Below are positions 27,101-37,134 of a stretch of 64,000 nucleotides of DNA, piece by piece; positions within the stretch are counted from its first letter, which is position 1, and every line of letters begins with the position of its first letter. The DNA is from Lottia gigantea. Its lineage: Eukaryota. The stretch spans positions 24,238-88,237 of the forward strand of contig NW_008709540.1 in the NCBI RefSeq assembly GCF_000327385.1, written 5' to 3'. Below the pieces are notes generated by a model, which saw only the letters and a list, made by a program, of their open reading frames with translations, had not been told where the DNA came from and ran no database searches. The position numbers and the translations under genes are program-made.

Positions 27101-30100
27101 TTACACACTACGTTTCATCACTCCACATTGTCATCATCATCAGACTACTCCTTAGTTTTATTATACACTATGTTTCATAAGCTGTTATATCAAACAACAA
27201 TGAAATAGATCTGGTCATCAAAAGCCTTTATAAATGAATTTTATGTCCAACTTTCTATTCCAGTTTGGGTTAATGAAGATGGACAACAGCATGCAGTGTG
27301 CAATGTGGGCATTTTGCAAAAATAGTGAGAGCGTGAACTTGTAGCGTCTTGGTTCATTGTCTCATTGAATGACCAATGGATAAAAAACGAGCGTGATAGC
27401 TAGAATTTAGCTCTATCAGCTGGTGAAGCAAACTAATATTCTGCGTTCCATTAAATGGGAATATTTACCGTAGTTTCCAGAGACAGAGTTGATAATAACA
27501 TTCCTCTATCATACGACCATGCCTGTATTTCACCATCTTCTCTCACACTCTGAAATATATAGTAGTTAATAACATCATTCATCTTTTATAATAATAAATA
27601 TCTTCACTGTTAATAATAGTGCTCAATACACTAGTATAGCAACAACCACTAGGTCTAACAATTGTAGTCTAACTAATGGAATGTTTAACTATTGGAATGT
27701 CTAACTAATGGAATGTCTAGCTTTTGGAATGTCTAACTAATGGGAGAACACCCATGAAAACATCAGACTATTTTGTTTCTGTGTGGTTAAAACCATGCCC
27801 CCTTAGCAATAAAAAGATGGAACCGTGGTTCACTTTATCTAAAAATCCTCTTGAAGGAATCTCAATTCTTGCAATTTCTTTCCCCTGACCATTCCACAAA
27901 TTCTTTGAATAAGATTTAATAGGTTAATAACTTTCCCCCCTTTCCTACACCCAACAAAACTATAAGTATACTTACAATCAGAATATCTGAGGGTGTGGCT
28001 AAACACCCGATTCCCACAAACTGACCAAAGTGACTTGATTTTAATCTATTGGCACAAGTAGATTCATCAGGCGTATACAAGAATAACGAGCCCTGAAAAA
28101 TACAAAAATGGGGTTGGTCATTCTTACTGTGTCTTAGTGGAAAAACATGATGGTTTATTTTTTCCGACAATTGTTTTGAAATTTATGAATGGAGCTTTAT
28201 TGGACATGATATGAAGTTTCACATCAAATTGTTCTGAACCTTAGTCGAGATGAATTAGTTGTACAGTTCTGTTTCTTTTTGGGATAAAATATTGAAATGG
28301 CTTACTACAGCCTTTTTTTCTCCTGTTAGCTTATGAGGTATTGACAACAAATGCACATATAACTATATTTTTGAAGACTTTGCCTAGCGAACAAAACACA
28401 AGGTGTCTGATGTGACTATTTTATAAAATCAGTAATCAAATTTCAATCTTTACCTGACTAGAGCCGAGCACTATATTTTTATAAGATGGATTAAAACTCA
28501 TACTGGTAACTGGTTCACCGATAACACAATGTTCTAAGATACGGAATTCATTTCCTTTAATATCAATCAATCTCAGTACTCCATCCTGTAACAACAGAAC
28601 ATATTATACAAACTTTATTTTGAGTAATTTAACACTAGACACCACTCTTCCTGCCATATGACAAGCTTTCATTTCTAGATGATGTTGTGTAAATATTACA
28701 CCTTTCGGCTTCTGGTTGATAAATCCTAATATCAACTGTAACCAAATATCATGAATTGTTTATGAGTGCTTACCTCGCCTGCAGCGTATAGACCTTTTCT
28801 ATGTAAGCCTAGTGTAGTTAAACAGCCTTGTAATAATAGATTGTCATCCTCTTCAGCTGAAAGACAGACAGTAGCAGATTAAATACAGGAATCAGGTCAA
28901 ACAAATAATGTTAAGTAAAGAATAATTGACAGAGAAATTATTTCCAATTGACGAGGGATCTCAAATTTGCATAGCCTGCAGCACATAGGCCTCAATTTAT
29001 AGTCTTATTTAGATGCTTTTTCATGTCAGCCCCTCCAGCTGCATACCCGACAGTTAGAAAGGGGTTTGAACATCTGTAGGTATTATCTGGATTATTTTGG
29101 GATAGAATCCCTGATGTGATTTGATATAAATGATTATAAATCCTTTCAACCCTCGACAGGTTCACCTGCCACAAACTAATGCAATATATACCCGAATGAT
29201 GTCATTTTACTTTTATTACTTGGAGTTTATCGTACCTATTGGTTGTATATCTGTTAAAGTTGTTTTTCTACTACCAGGTTCTACGGCACTAGATGCTCGG
29301 GTATGAGCTGTTTCTGGTCGTTTTGGTGGATAATACATAACTCTAGCTTTAAATACTTCATCATTTACCTAAACATAGAGTGAACAATCTATATAAATAT
29401 ATCTCTAACTACCAATTAAGATTTGAGTTCAATTCTTCTAGTAAGTCATCAGTGGACATGGGTAATATATATATGTTTTGAACCCTTTCAAGAATATGGT
29501 ATAAATATTGTTTTGTATTACATGTAAATCGAAATTCTTTGGATTAATCTAATTGTTATTATGATAAACATTGCTTGTTAATCCGTTAACATCCAGCACA
29601 GTACTAAAGTGTTTACTTACTTTCAATAGTTGTCCCCCTTGACAGCCGATAAAAACATCACCTGTTGGTGTCCAGGCTTGTGAAACAGGTGAACATCGTT
29701 CTAGTTTATCTTGTATAGTTTGTAAATATTCTGTATTATCTCCTATCAGACCAGCAATGGCCGCTTTCGGTACGTCGACTGTATATCGACTCATTCTAGT
29801 GGAGGCCCGAGTTGGTGATCTATCTTGATCCTTTTCATCATCAATTTCTTGTGAGGGGTCAGCCACCGGTACTCGCACTTTACTATAATATAAAGGAATT
29901 TTATATACAACAAGTTCTAATTAAATAGAATGAATATAGACTACCAGTACCAAATAAACATCATAAGTCATGTGGACTATTAAAAAGATATGGAAACTTG
30001 ATTAATCAAGTCGCATAAACAGAAACCAAACCAAATCTTGCCTCAAAAAAGAAATGTGACTAAATTAAACTTCTAGATATTATTTTAGAGAACTGACTTA

Positions 30101-32416
30101 CTGTGGTAAGATGACATATTGATCATTACATTGTTCAGTCTGCCAGATTGTAATGGAGTCGACTGTAGTTAGACAGAGTTGACGCCAGTTACACGGATCA
30201 AATCCTAAACTGGTTGGAACTTCTGATCCAATATGAACTGTGGCTAGTTTGATTCCTTTCTCATAATTCCTGAAATTAATATCAGGCATTTCATTGGAAC
30301 AGGACTTTCTCAAAGGTTTACTACAGGACTTTCTCAAAGGTTTGGAACAGGACTTTCTCAAAGGTTTGGAACAGGACTTTCTCAAAGGTTTAGAACAGGA
30401 CTTTCTCAATAGTTTAGAACAGGACTTTCTCAAAGGTTTAGAACAGGACTTTCTCAAAGGTTTAGAACAGGACTTTCTCAAAGGTTTAGAACAGGACTTT
30501 CTCAAAGGTTTGGAACAGGACTTTCTCAAAGGTTTAGAACAGAATATTCTCAAAGGTTTAGAACAGGACATTCTCAAAGGTTTAGAACAGGACATTCTCA
30601 AAGGTTTAGAACAGGACTTTCTCACAGGTTTAGAACAGGACTTTCTCAAAGGTTTAAAACAGAACTTTCTCAAAGGTTTGGAACTGGACTTTCTCAAAGT
30701 TTTGGAACAGGACTTTCTCAAAGGTTTGGAACAGGACTTTCTCAAAGGTTTATAACAGGACTTTCTCAAAGGTTTATAACAGGACTTTCTCAAAGGTTTA
30801 GAACAGGACTTTCTCAAAGGTTTAGAACAGGACTTTCTCAAAGTTTAGAACAGGACTTTCTCAAAGGTTTGGAACAGGATTTTCTAAAAGGTTTGGAACA
30901 AGACTTTCTCAAAGGTTTGGAACAGGACTTTCTCAAAGGTTTGGAACAGGACTTTCTCAAAGGTTTGGAACAGGACTTTCTCAAAGGTTTACTACAGGAC
31001 TTTCTCAAAGGTTTGGAACAGGACTTTCTCAAAGGTTTGGAACAGGAGTTTCTCAAAGGTTTGGAACAGGACTTTCTCAAAGGTTTACTACAGGACTTTC
31101 TCAAAGGTTTACTACAGGACTTTCTCAAAGGTTTACTACAGGACTTTCTCAAAGCAGGTAATTTTTGAAATTTTTGTGGAAAAAATAAGGTACTTTGTAG
31201 TCTAGCAAAAAATAAGGGAGATAATTTTCAATAACAAGTTTAAAATTTTGATCTTCTTAAGATAATTTGATAAATATTAAATTAATAATAACAAAATATA
31301 CATAAAATATTTAATTTACAAAATATTAGACTATTTCAATGAGCTATTGTGGTAAAAACTCTTAAATTTCAATTGAAATGATGTGTCAAGGGAGATAACT
31401 ACAATAAAAAATAATTTTGTGTCTTAATATAGTGATTAGAGATATGGCAAGCAAATTGCAATGAAGAAATAGCTAGGAAGACAACAGTGTAGATAATCTT
31501 GCCTATTCTCTACCGAGTGTTCGAATAGGTGATTGTATGTAGGACATGGGGCTTGTTGAAATTAAAGAGTTGCAGAATTATGCCTACCATAAAATAAGTT
31601 CGAAATCTGGTAGTCCAGAAATAGCTGCTAAATATTCACTGTTAGAGAATGTCAATTTCTGATATTCTAACTTGGCGCCATCTGAAATAACAAAATTATA
31701 AAAAATAACTTAAACATAGTAGGTGGGTATGTCTATGTTTCAACTAAGCTTATAATACAAAAATTCAATAGATACTAATCAACATATTTCAGTTTTCAGA
31801 AAAATGTAAATCTTACTCAATAAAAAAATTATAAGATTTAGAAGTACAGTACAGTAGTAAGAGTAACCATATGTTTGAAACATACATTCTAAACAATTTA
31901 TTCCTGATACTGGTGCCTTGTCTATAAATAGAATTCAATAAAAAAACCAAACAGTTTAGGCCAATGTAAGAATTCAGAAACAATGGTTTGAAGCCTTCAC
32001 ATACCAAAAAATAACATGAATAATGTAAAATCTTTTCCTGCATCAAAATTTAAATGTCAAAGCCTAGAAAAAACTTGGTAGTGCTTTTCATGAGTTCTAA
32101 ATTTATTTCAAAATCTGTTTCTTTAAAATAACAGTAAAAACACAGAAGAATATATTATAACTAACCTTGTAAGACCATATGTTCTCTAAATGTAGGGTAG
32201 GTATAAATATAGATTTTAGGATTTATACAATATTCAGCTATTGCTATGTGTTTGTTTAATTTATGAACAGCTATGGGTCCTACACCTTGTCCTTTAAAAG
32301 CGAACACTGTTTCCACTCCATCTTCAGCTATTATTTTAATATTCCGACCACATTGATAACATAGAACATCACCGTCGATATACTGAGCTTCTCCACCATT
32401 GTACCCTTGACACCAC
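9010..32416 (-). CDS. Multi-exon gene for a WD40-repeat plus coiled-coil cilia/flagella-associated protein, CFAP57/WDR65-like (the CFAP43/44 family is not excluded). This is the gene-level span. Most of the locus is intron.
   Basis: The N-terminal exons translate to ...VFAFKGQGVGPIAVHKLNKHIAIAEYCINPKIYIYTYPTFREHMVLQ|DGAKLEYQKLTFSNSEYLAAISGLPDFELILW|NYEKGIKLATVHIGSE... This is co-linear with the human CFAP57 N-terminus (…GMLALSISPNRRYLAISE…ITIYELSS…[31 protein letters not shown]…). Downstream exons encode WD-repeat-like and then E/K/R-rich coiled-coil segments, for example 'EKFLTPEQKKQAEAKQKAEEERKLREK'. All junctions examined have canonical GT donors and AG acceptors with consistent phases. 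The terminal exon ends ...LRAEVERLRMRTFPALVQVEH*. Exons upstream of 32416 (the ATG exon) were not resolved. Confidence 0.6.
12709..12940 (-). CDS. CFAP57-like exon encoding ...ADTPVLDPSAPNPFAERPSTARQNAQSKIAMEQAIEELDRQSNMPENLEVQIWERLCHYRREKIESEQL. The 5' boundary is uncertain.
   Basis: Strong donor |gtgagt at 12708. There are two candidate acceptors, near 12935 and 12943. Confidence 0.45.
13010..13135 (+). repeat. Local tandem duplication carrying long G-tracts (…gggggggtgggggggagggaggaggggggag…). It is a strong G-quadruplex-forming motif on the template strand of the CFAP57-like gene.
   Basis: Direct repeats 'catcaaatagtctcacatattgttg' (two copies) and 'agtggtttaaattca' (two copies) flank G-runs of 6-7 residues. 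Similar G-rich palindromic patches occur at 8100-8260 and 24060-24180. Confidence 0.5.
14841..14970 (-). CDS. CFAP57-like coiled-coil exon encoding DVPKPLFMTTKESEEWTEEEVKSAKEYEKKVQDLKEEREKYRK. Boundaries are approximate.
   Basis: Acceptor ttttacag|. Donor |gtagga. Confidence 0.45.
15255..15425 (-). CDS. CFAP57-like coiled-coil exon encoding VTVEKFLTPEQKKQAEAKQKAEEERKLREKGDNIRERALDMMMGGVLEIKKEDELKK. It is 57 codons long, phase 0 at both ends.
   Basis: Acceptor attttag|. Donor |gtggga. Confidence 0.5.
18335..18440 (-). mobile_element. Partial (3' part) copy of the same SINE family, in a CFAP57-like intron.
   Basis: The reverse complement matches the SINE 3' region (…ggcaaaattttcctcattgcaccctgcatgacgttgcccgtcttcattagcccacatggtgcagaaaa). 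Confidence 0.5.
18640..19465. repeat. Minisatellite with a 26-bp unit (CATTGGTCAACATATC[ACG]CA[AT]TGTATT) in about 31 copies, in a CFAP57-like intron.
   Basis: Period counted directly (18661 to 18687 to …). Variable positions are confined to 2-3 sites per unit. Confidence 0.9.
19790..20545. repeat. Minisatellite with a 59-bp unit (…TTCTAGTCTTTGTATGTGTATCAG[GT][GT]ACACTTATAGCTTCTATTTACACCATTCTGATT…) in about 13 copies, in a CFAP57-like intron.
   Basis: Period 59 counted from 19791 to 19850 to 19909. Confidence 0.9.
24450..26145. repeat. Minisatellite with a 46-bp unit (ACAGTCATAGCTATAATATCTCCTTCAAATTCTACAATATATAAAT) in about 37 copies over ~1.7 kb, in a CFAP57-like intron.
   Basis: Period 46 counted from 24451 to 24497 to 24543. 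Very high inter-unit identity with scattered point variants (agct/acct/agca). Confidence 0.9.
27240..27335 (-). mobile_element. Diverged partial copy of the same SINE family, in a CFAP57-like intron.
   Basis: …gttaatgaagatggacaacagcatgcagtgtgcaatgtgggcattttgcaaaaa… resembles the reverse complement of the SINE 3' region. Confidence 0.35.
29621..29882 (-). CDS. CFAP57-like WD-region exon encoding ...RVPVADPSQEIDDEKDQDRSPTRASTRMSRYTVDVPKAAIAGLIGDNTEYLQTIQDKLERCSPVSQAWTPTGDVFIGCQGGQLLK. Boundaries are approximate.
   Basis: Acceptor ttatattatag|. Strong donor |gtaagt. A GC-rich island within the AT-rich locus. Confidence 0.45.
30102..30269 (-). CDS. CFAP57-like exon encoding NYEKGIKLATVHIGSEVPTSLGFDPCNWRQLCLTTVDSITIWQTEQCNDQYVILP.
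   Basis: Acceptor aatttcag|. Donor |gtaagt. Lies immediately 3' of the 24-bp minisatellite intron. Confidence 0.6.
30290..31150. repeat. Minisatellite with a 24-bp unit (GGACTTTCTCAAAGGTTT[GA]GAACA) in about 36 copies, in the CFAP57-like intron between the exons at 31588-31681 and 30102-30269.
   Basis: The period of 24 is a multiple of 3 and the unit is stop-free on both strands. This explains the long 8-aa-repeat ORFs (SKPLRKSC and EQDFLKGL) in the ORF track. Confidence 0.9.
31588..31681 (-). CDS. CFAP57-like exon encoding DGAKLEYQKLTFSNSEYLAAISGLPDFELILW.
   Basis: Acceptor ttatttcag|. Donor |gtaggc. Phase is consistent with the flanking exons. Confidence 0.6.
32166..32416 (-). CDS. CFAP57-like coding exon, the most 5' exon resolved. 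It encodes ...WCQGYNGGEAQYIDGDVLCYQCGRNIKIIAEDGVETVFAFKGQGVGPIAVHKLNKHIAIAEYCINPKIYIYTYPTFREHMVLQ.
   Basis: Acceptor tattttag| at 32417. Donor |gttagt at 32165. There is no in-frame ATG and a stop lies upstream in frame, so an earlier exon must exist. Confidence 0.6.
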
Positions 32417-33746
32417 CTAAAATATAAATAAATTACCTAACTTACTGGTACAACCTTAGCTATGGCTAGACTGAAATATCAACATTTTTAGAACAATTTT
32501 TGATGTACCGTACAATAGATCTAATCTTGAAAATGCCAAGTAACCGGTAGACCAAAACATTTTCCTCTATTCCAGCCTCTGATAAATTGAAAGATTTTTT
32601 TATTAGCATCACGGGGGTCACAGATTCACGTGATACTAACAATACGAAAGTTACGGTGAGTTACAGTAATCTAATATTATGTTACGTTAGTAAAAATGCA
32701 TCTTTGGAGGTGTGGGTAAATCATCATAACATAGGGCCTAGTTTTTCTGACTCTACTCCAACTGATAACTGTCAAAATATCACTGTCTGATTTTCAGAGG
32801 CTGGAATATTGGCACTCGGCAGACGTTTCGGACTAGGCCTAGTCTAAAGCTAAGTAAATCTTAACAAAGTTGCAGATTGTTTGCATAACCCCAAGGTAGC
32901 ATAGATCTATTTTGGTTATGGTAGGAATTTGTTGTTTTTTCAACAAACATAACTCTATAGTACTAGTACTCAGTAAAAGGGAAACCTGTCCTGTCCTGAG
33001 GCTGAATATGCAATCTTCTAAGTGGTTTGTTATTTTCTAATGAAAGGGTAGAGGCATAGCGATAACGGAATATATTCCTCAAAATTGTAATAATGTGTAC
33101 AGTTTATTTAGTTATCAAATTAGATCTAGTTCGATTTCTTCAGTTCAGTGATTATTTCGAATTGAATCTAAATGTAATGTCAGAATATCACCTGATTGAC
33201 AATGAAAATGTTAGAATTAAAATAAAAATCTACAAGAAAATTGACTCACGCAAGGTCCAAATTTCCAACGTTGTCCATTTTTGTGTAGATCTCAAATGAA
33301 GATAGTGATTACAATTTTTTTGCCAGACACGGCGGCCATATTGTAATTAAACGGTTGTCAAGGTGGAGATAACGGGAAATCTCATAATATCCCGTGCTGA
33401 CCTTCGTTTCTAGGGGGTCAAGGATACACAGAATAACGGAATAATTTCGTACAAGCCGATAAATATTTCAAGTTGCAAATTAAATTACTCTAACGTTGCA
33501 TCATCTAGTTTCAAAGAAACTTCAATGCCATTGACGTAAATTAGTCAAAAATCAATAAACATATATGTCTAAGAAATTACACTCAAGTAAATTGACCTAA
33601 TGAAAATATACTTATCGGTTAGGAAGCCTGAAGGTTATCGATTGTGACCATGTGCAACAATCGGATCATTTCGTAGTGACGATCTCTGTGTCTTTTTGAA
33701 GGATTTTTGTAAATTTTGGTGGATAAGTGTGTTGCAGTTGAAAGCC
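32417..33746. promoter_or_regulatory. Putative bidirectional promoter/5' region shared by the divergently transcribed CFAP57-like (-) and STARD7-like (+) genes.
   Basis: This is the head-to-head arrangement. A locally GC-richer patch lies at 33300-33440 (acggcggccatattg…). The CFAP57-like ATG exon is unresolved and may lie within this interval. A MITE is inserted at 32567-32812. Confidence 0.3.
32567..32812. mobile_element. MITE (~245 bp) with terminal inverted repeats 'ccagcctctgata…tcagaggctgga'. It sits in the putative bidirectional promoter between the CFAP57-like and STARD7-like genes.
   Basis: TIRs at 32569-32583 and 32795-32809. A second diverged copy lies at ~54280-54760 (shared core …ggggtcac.ga.t.acgtgatact.acaa…gcatctttggaggtg.gg.aaatc…ttctgactctactccaac.ga.aact…). 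Confidence 0.5.
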
Positions 33747-34165
33747 AAAATGTTTCAAAGAGTGACTAGAGTTCAACCCCAGTTATTCACAAACGGATTT
33801 GTTTCCAAAACGTTTTTATCGTCTGAAATCGGAACTGTCATTAGTCCAAAGTTCAAATATGTTGGAGAAACCAGGAATTTTTCTACTCGTCGAATCAATG
33901 AATTTTCAACAAAATTCAGAAACAATCTATTTCAGCTATGTAATGTGTTTAACAGACAATGCCAAGTGCTGGTGGCTCATAGAATAAAGAGATTGCATGA
34001 AACTGTGCAGTTTTATAGAAATTTGTATAAAAATCAGCTGTTTTCTAGATTGATTCAGAAAGGTGTATGTGCTGGAAGTGGAAAAAATCGAGGAGCTATA
34101 TATTTATTGGGGGCCAGTATGTTTTCCTGGCAGAAAGACAATATTACTAATGAGGATTTTGACAG
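33747..34165 (+). CDS. STARD7: STARD7-like (StAR-related lipid transfer / START domain protein) exon 1. It starts MFQRVTRVQPQLF... and carries a long N-terminal presequence.
   Basis: The segment NRQCQVLVAHRIKRLHETVQFYRNLYKNQLFSRL...SMFSWQKDNITNEDFDR aligns with the human STARD7 N-terminal region (QCRFVTGLRVRRAQQIAQLYGRLYSESSRRVLLGRL...VFVWDEERIQEEELQR). Donor AG|gtgtgt at 34166. The ATG at 33747 is chosen over the one at 33696 because 'MFQRV' resembles the STARD7 'M[LF]PRR' start; this choice is uncertain. Confidence 0.6.
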
Positions 34166-34371
34166 GTGTGTAATCAAGTCAAGAAGTCCAGGATTTTCAG
34201 TTCAGCTTAAATGAAGTACCACAGGCTGAGACGGATGAGTTTCAGGGCCTCCTAGTAGGGAACTCATGTACTAAATTGATGGGGGTTCTTCTTCATTATA
34301 TCTGTCTCATATTAACATAAAACCTACATTGTCTATGATGACATTGATTTTTAATTATCTCATATTTTTAG

Positions 34372-34538
34372 GTGTATAGATGAGATGGAAGAAGTTTCGA
34401 AGTTTGTGAATCAAGCAAATAGTTCGAAAGATAAAAATAAAAATTTACCTGGTGGCTGGGAATCAGTCATTGATAAAAAACATTTAAAAGTTTGGAGGAA
34501 ACCTATTGAAGAAAATAGTCATTTATATGAATATAGAG
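34372..34538 (+). CDS. STARD7: STARD7-like exon 2 encoding (R)CIDEMEEVSKFVNQANSSKDKNKNLPGGWESVIDKKHLKVWRKPIEENSHLYEYR.
   Basis: Acceptor tttttag|. Donor G|gtactt. Matches human ...SINEMKRLEEM...WEMVMDKKHFKLWRRPITGTHLYQYR. Confidence 0.7.
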
Positions 34539-35163
34539 GTACTTTTGAAACATATTGAAAATCTATAATTTAAGATTTGTTAAAGGGATTATAAAGAAGT
34601 GTTCTAAATTTTTTCAATTTGCACCATTTCAATTTTCATTCAGATGTCTGTGGTTCTTGCAGTTCCACTAATGCGCACCAGAGGGAACTACCAGAAGCTA
34701 CTATTGATATCTATATCTATATCTCTAATTGCAAGAACCACAGACAGCGACGTTGGAATGAAAATTGGAATGGTGCAAATTGTTAGGGTAATGTACTAAA
34801 ATCTCAATTTCAAATATCTATATGTTATCTCATTTTGGCACGAAAATCAAACATTGACAACTTACCCTTTGTAGAAAATTGATTGGTGATTAGAATACAC
34901 AAGCTTACTCAATGACCAGGAGGTCAACTCTTATCAAATATAGGTCAACTGATAACTGCACTTCATCTTTGATATGAGTATAGTATCTACAGATGAATTG
35001 ACATGGTCTAGTCTTTAGGATGGGGCAAGCAACCAAATCCTCAATATTGAAAAAAGCCTTTTTGAAAAATTGTTATATCTATCATTGCAAGGAAAGTGTC
35101 CCTGATTGTACACTGCATAGATTATATATACTGAATATCAGTTATGTTTATTATCTGTTATAG

Positions 35164-35213
35164 TGTATGGTACGTATGATGATGTTCCAGCTCGAGCTTT
35201 CTTTAATGTTCAG
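35164..35213 (+). CDS. STARD7: STARD7-like exon 3 encoding VYGTYDDVPARAFFNVQ.
   Basis: Acceptor tgttatag|. Donor |gtacgg. Matches human VFGTYTDVTPRQFFNVQ. Confidence 0.7.
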
Positions 35214-35680
35214 GTACGGTAAAATCATTAATACAATTCTCATTGGTAATTTGGGTCTCTTGACTCTGGACATCGCATCAGGCAATATGCTCCATCTCTT
35301 CTCACCTTGGTAGTATTTTGATTAAAGTTTGTTCATTGAAGAGTTCAATAATGGTGTAAGGGATAAAGGGCTGTTCACCATTCTTGATTGTTTTGTTATT
35401 ATGGCATTCCTTCAAATGAATTTGCATACTGCATAGCCTAACAGCCTAAAAGACATTTTGGTTTTGGTTTTCTAATTGTAGTGATTAACTAACTGACCTG
35501 ATTTATTTACAAACTTAGATTTGTATGATTTCTACTCGCAATCAAAGCTGCTGGTGGGCGTATTTCACCTTGCCTAGCTTTCTAATTTAAGCTTTGCAAG
35601 TCTATCTTTTTGTCTGATTTAAGTGACTAACTTACCTGTTTTATTTCTTACCAAGTCATAAAATATTTTCAAAATTTCAG

Positions 35681-35791
35681 GTGGATCTAGATTTCTGGCA
35701 GGAATGGGAGAATATGGCGCTCAGTATTGATATTATAGATAAACATAAAGAAACAGGCTCAGAGATAGTACACTGGTTAACCAAATACCCG
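35681..35791 (+). CDS. STARD7: STARD7-like exon 4 encoding VDLDFWQEWENMALSIDIIDKHKETGSEIVHWLTKYP.
   Basis: Acceptor aaatttcag|. Donor |gtaagt. Matches human LDTEYRKKWDALVIKLEVIERDVVSGSEVLHWVTHFP. Confidence 0.7.
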
Positions 35792-36183
35792 GTAAGTATT
35801 TCCCTCATTGTCCACTGATGGAAAATATTTTTGGACGAAGTTTTGACCATTCTGAGTGGGAAGTGTTCCTGTATAAAATAAATAAGTTTACATCTTAATA
35901 ATGATAATGTAAAATATGTAAAGAGCTTTATTTATGATATTTTATTTTAGACATAGACTAAGCCTGTAATTATTCAATTTTATATAGAAATAATGGGTTG
36001 AAAACCCACACAGAATAACTATTGAAAACAATGACCGTAGCACAGATTATTTCTAACTTTGAGAAGGTTTCAAACCCACAGCACCTAATCACTAGAAGGC
36101 ATGACAAATTTAATTTAGGGACAAGATGTTACTATTTTTATTTCTAGCTATAATTATTAGATTACTATATTTTATATTTATAG

Positions 36184-36228
36184 TATCCGATGTATAACAG
36201 AGAGTATCTTTATGTTAGGAGATATAAG
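36184..36228 (+). CDS. STARD7: STARD7-like exon 5 encoding YPMYNREYLYVRRYK.
   Basis: Acceptor tatttatag|. Donor |gtaaga. Matches human YPMYSRDYVYVRRY. Confidence 0.7.
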
Positions 36229-36660
36229 GTAAGAAATAAAACTGAGATATTCTCGCTGTAACAAGGGTACCGTATATTTCCGAATATAATGCGCACCCCT
36301 TCCTTTTCCCATTAAAATCGGGATTACCCGTGTATATTTGACGGTAGTCAAGTTTTCAACACTAAAACTCTTTCACTAACAAGCGTTAGACTTTTTTTGG
36401 ACTCTGTATCTCTTTTAGAGAGTTCACAAAGCCAATGTTTGTTTATTGGGTATTAGTTTGTCAACTTTGCAAATCTTTCATCCTTTCCGATTCAAATTTT
36501 AGATTTGTACATGTAGACAATTGATTCTTCTTTGATTGCAGACAAACCATACCCCATAATTTACTCTGAAAAATCCTACACATAACTGAAATTGTGCTCA
36601 ACTAGGATGTGAAAAATTAGACAATTCTATATATCTCATTAATGTTGTTTATTTTAACAG

Positions 36661-36798
36661 GAAGATACCAAGAGAAATGTATTAGTAGTAAACGCGAAGG
36701 CTATAGAACATCAAGATATTCCAATCACCAAGGAATATGTCCGAGTTAAACAATATCTATCTCAAATGGTTATAAAACCTCATTCTTCTTGTGATGAG
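36661..36798 (+). CDS. STARD7: STARD7-like exon 6 encoding EDTKRNVLVVNAKAIEHQDIPITKEYVRVKQYLSQMVIKPHSSCDE.
   Basis: Acceptor attttaacag|. Donor |gtaaga. Matches human ...VRVRSYESQMVIRPHKSFDE. Confidence 0.7.
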
Positions 36799-37134
36799 GT
36801 AAGAAATACGCATTTTATACATTGTGTTAATTTACCATGTTATATTTGTGCTCTGTGACATTTTTACCCTAGAAGAGCTGGCCAAGCTGGGGGTTGTGCA
36901 TTATAGACAGTGCCAAAAACTTGTGACTTTTTAATATAGACCCAATATTACGAGAATTAACAAATTTCATAAAAATATAAATTAATTCCAAAATGACCGA
37001 AAAAACACGTTTAAAACAGAAAACTTCATTAAAGAAATATTGTTTATAGTAACAAAAGGTAACATGCAAATTAATTTTTACTTTTGAAATATTTTTTCTC
37101 CACGGAACTTATGCTGTCAGTTTATTTCTTTCAG

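Noticed and set aside
30098-31168. ORFs of 247 and 104 aa on the minus strand (SKPLRKSC repeats) and 153 and 99 aa on the plus strand (EQDFLKGL repeats).
   Set aside because: They are produced by the 24-bp stop-free minisatellite inside a CFAP57-like intron. Only the last ~55 codons of the 247-aa ORF (30102-30269) are a real exon; the ORF continues by chance read-through across the acceptor into the repeat.
32540-32600. Minus-strand 'MFWSTGYLAFSRLDLLYG' followed by 'gtacat' as a candidate CFAP57-like first coding exon.
   Set aside because: The phase does not match the downstream acceptor at 32416. The donor is weak, the segment overlaps the MITE terminus, and similarity to CFAP57 N-termini is unconvincing.
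33696-33746. Upstream in-frame ATG at 33696 (MKDFCKFWWISVLQLKAK-) as the STARD7-like start. Also the 'KYVGETRNF' motif in exon 1, which resembles the GIY-YIG fragment at 62883.
   Set aside because: The downstream ATG at 33747 (MFQRV…) better matches the STARD7 'M[LF]PRR' start, although either could be used. The YVGET similarity is a single short motif inside the variable targeting presequence with no second GIY-YIG motif, so it is treated as coincidence.
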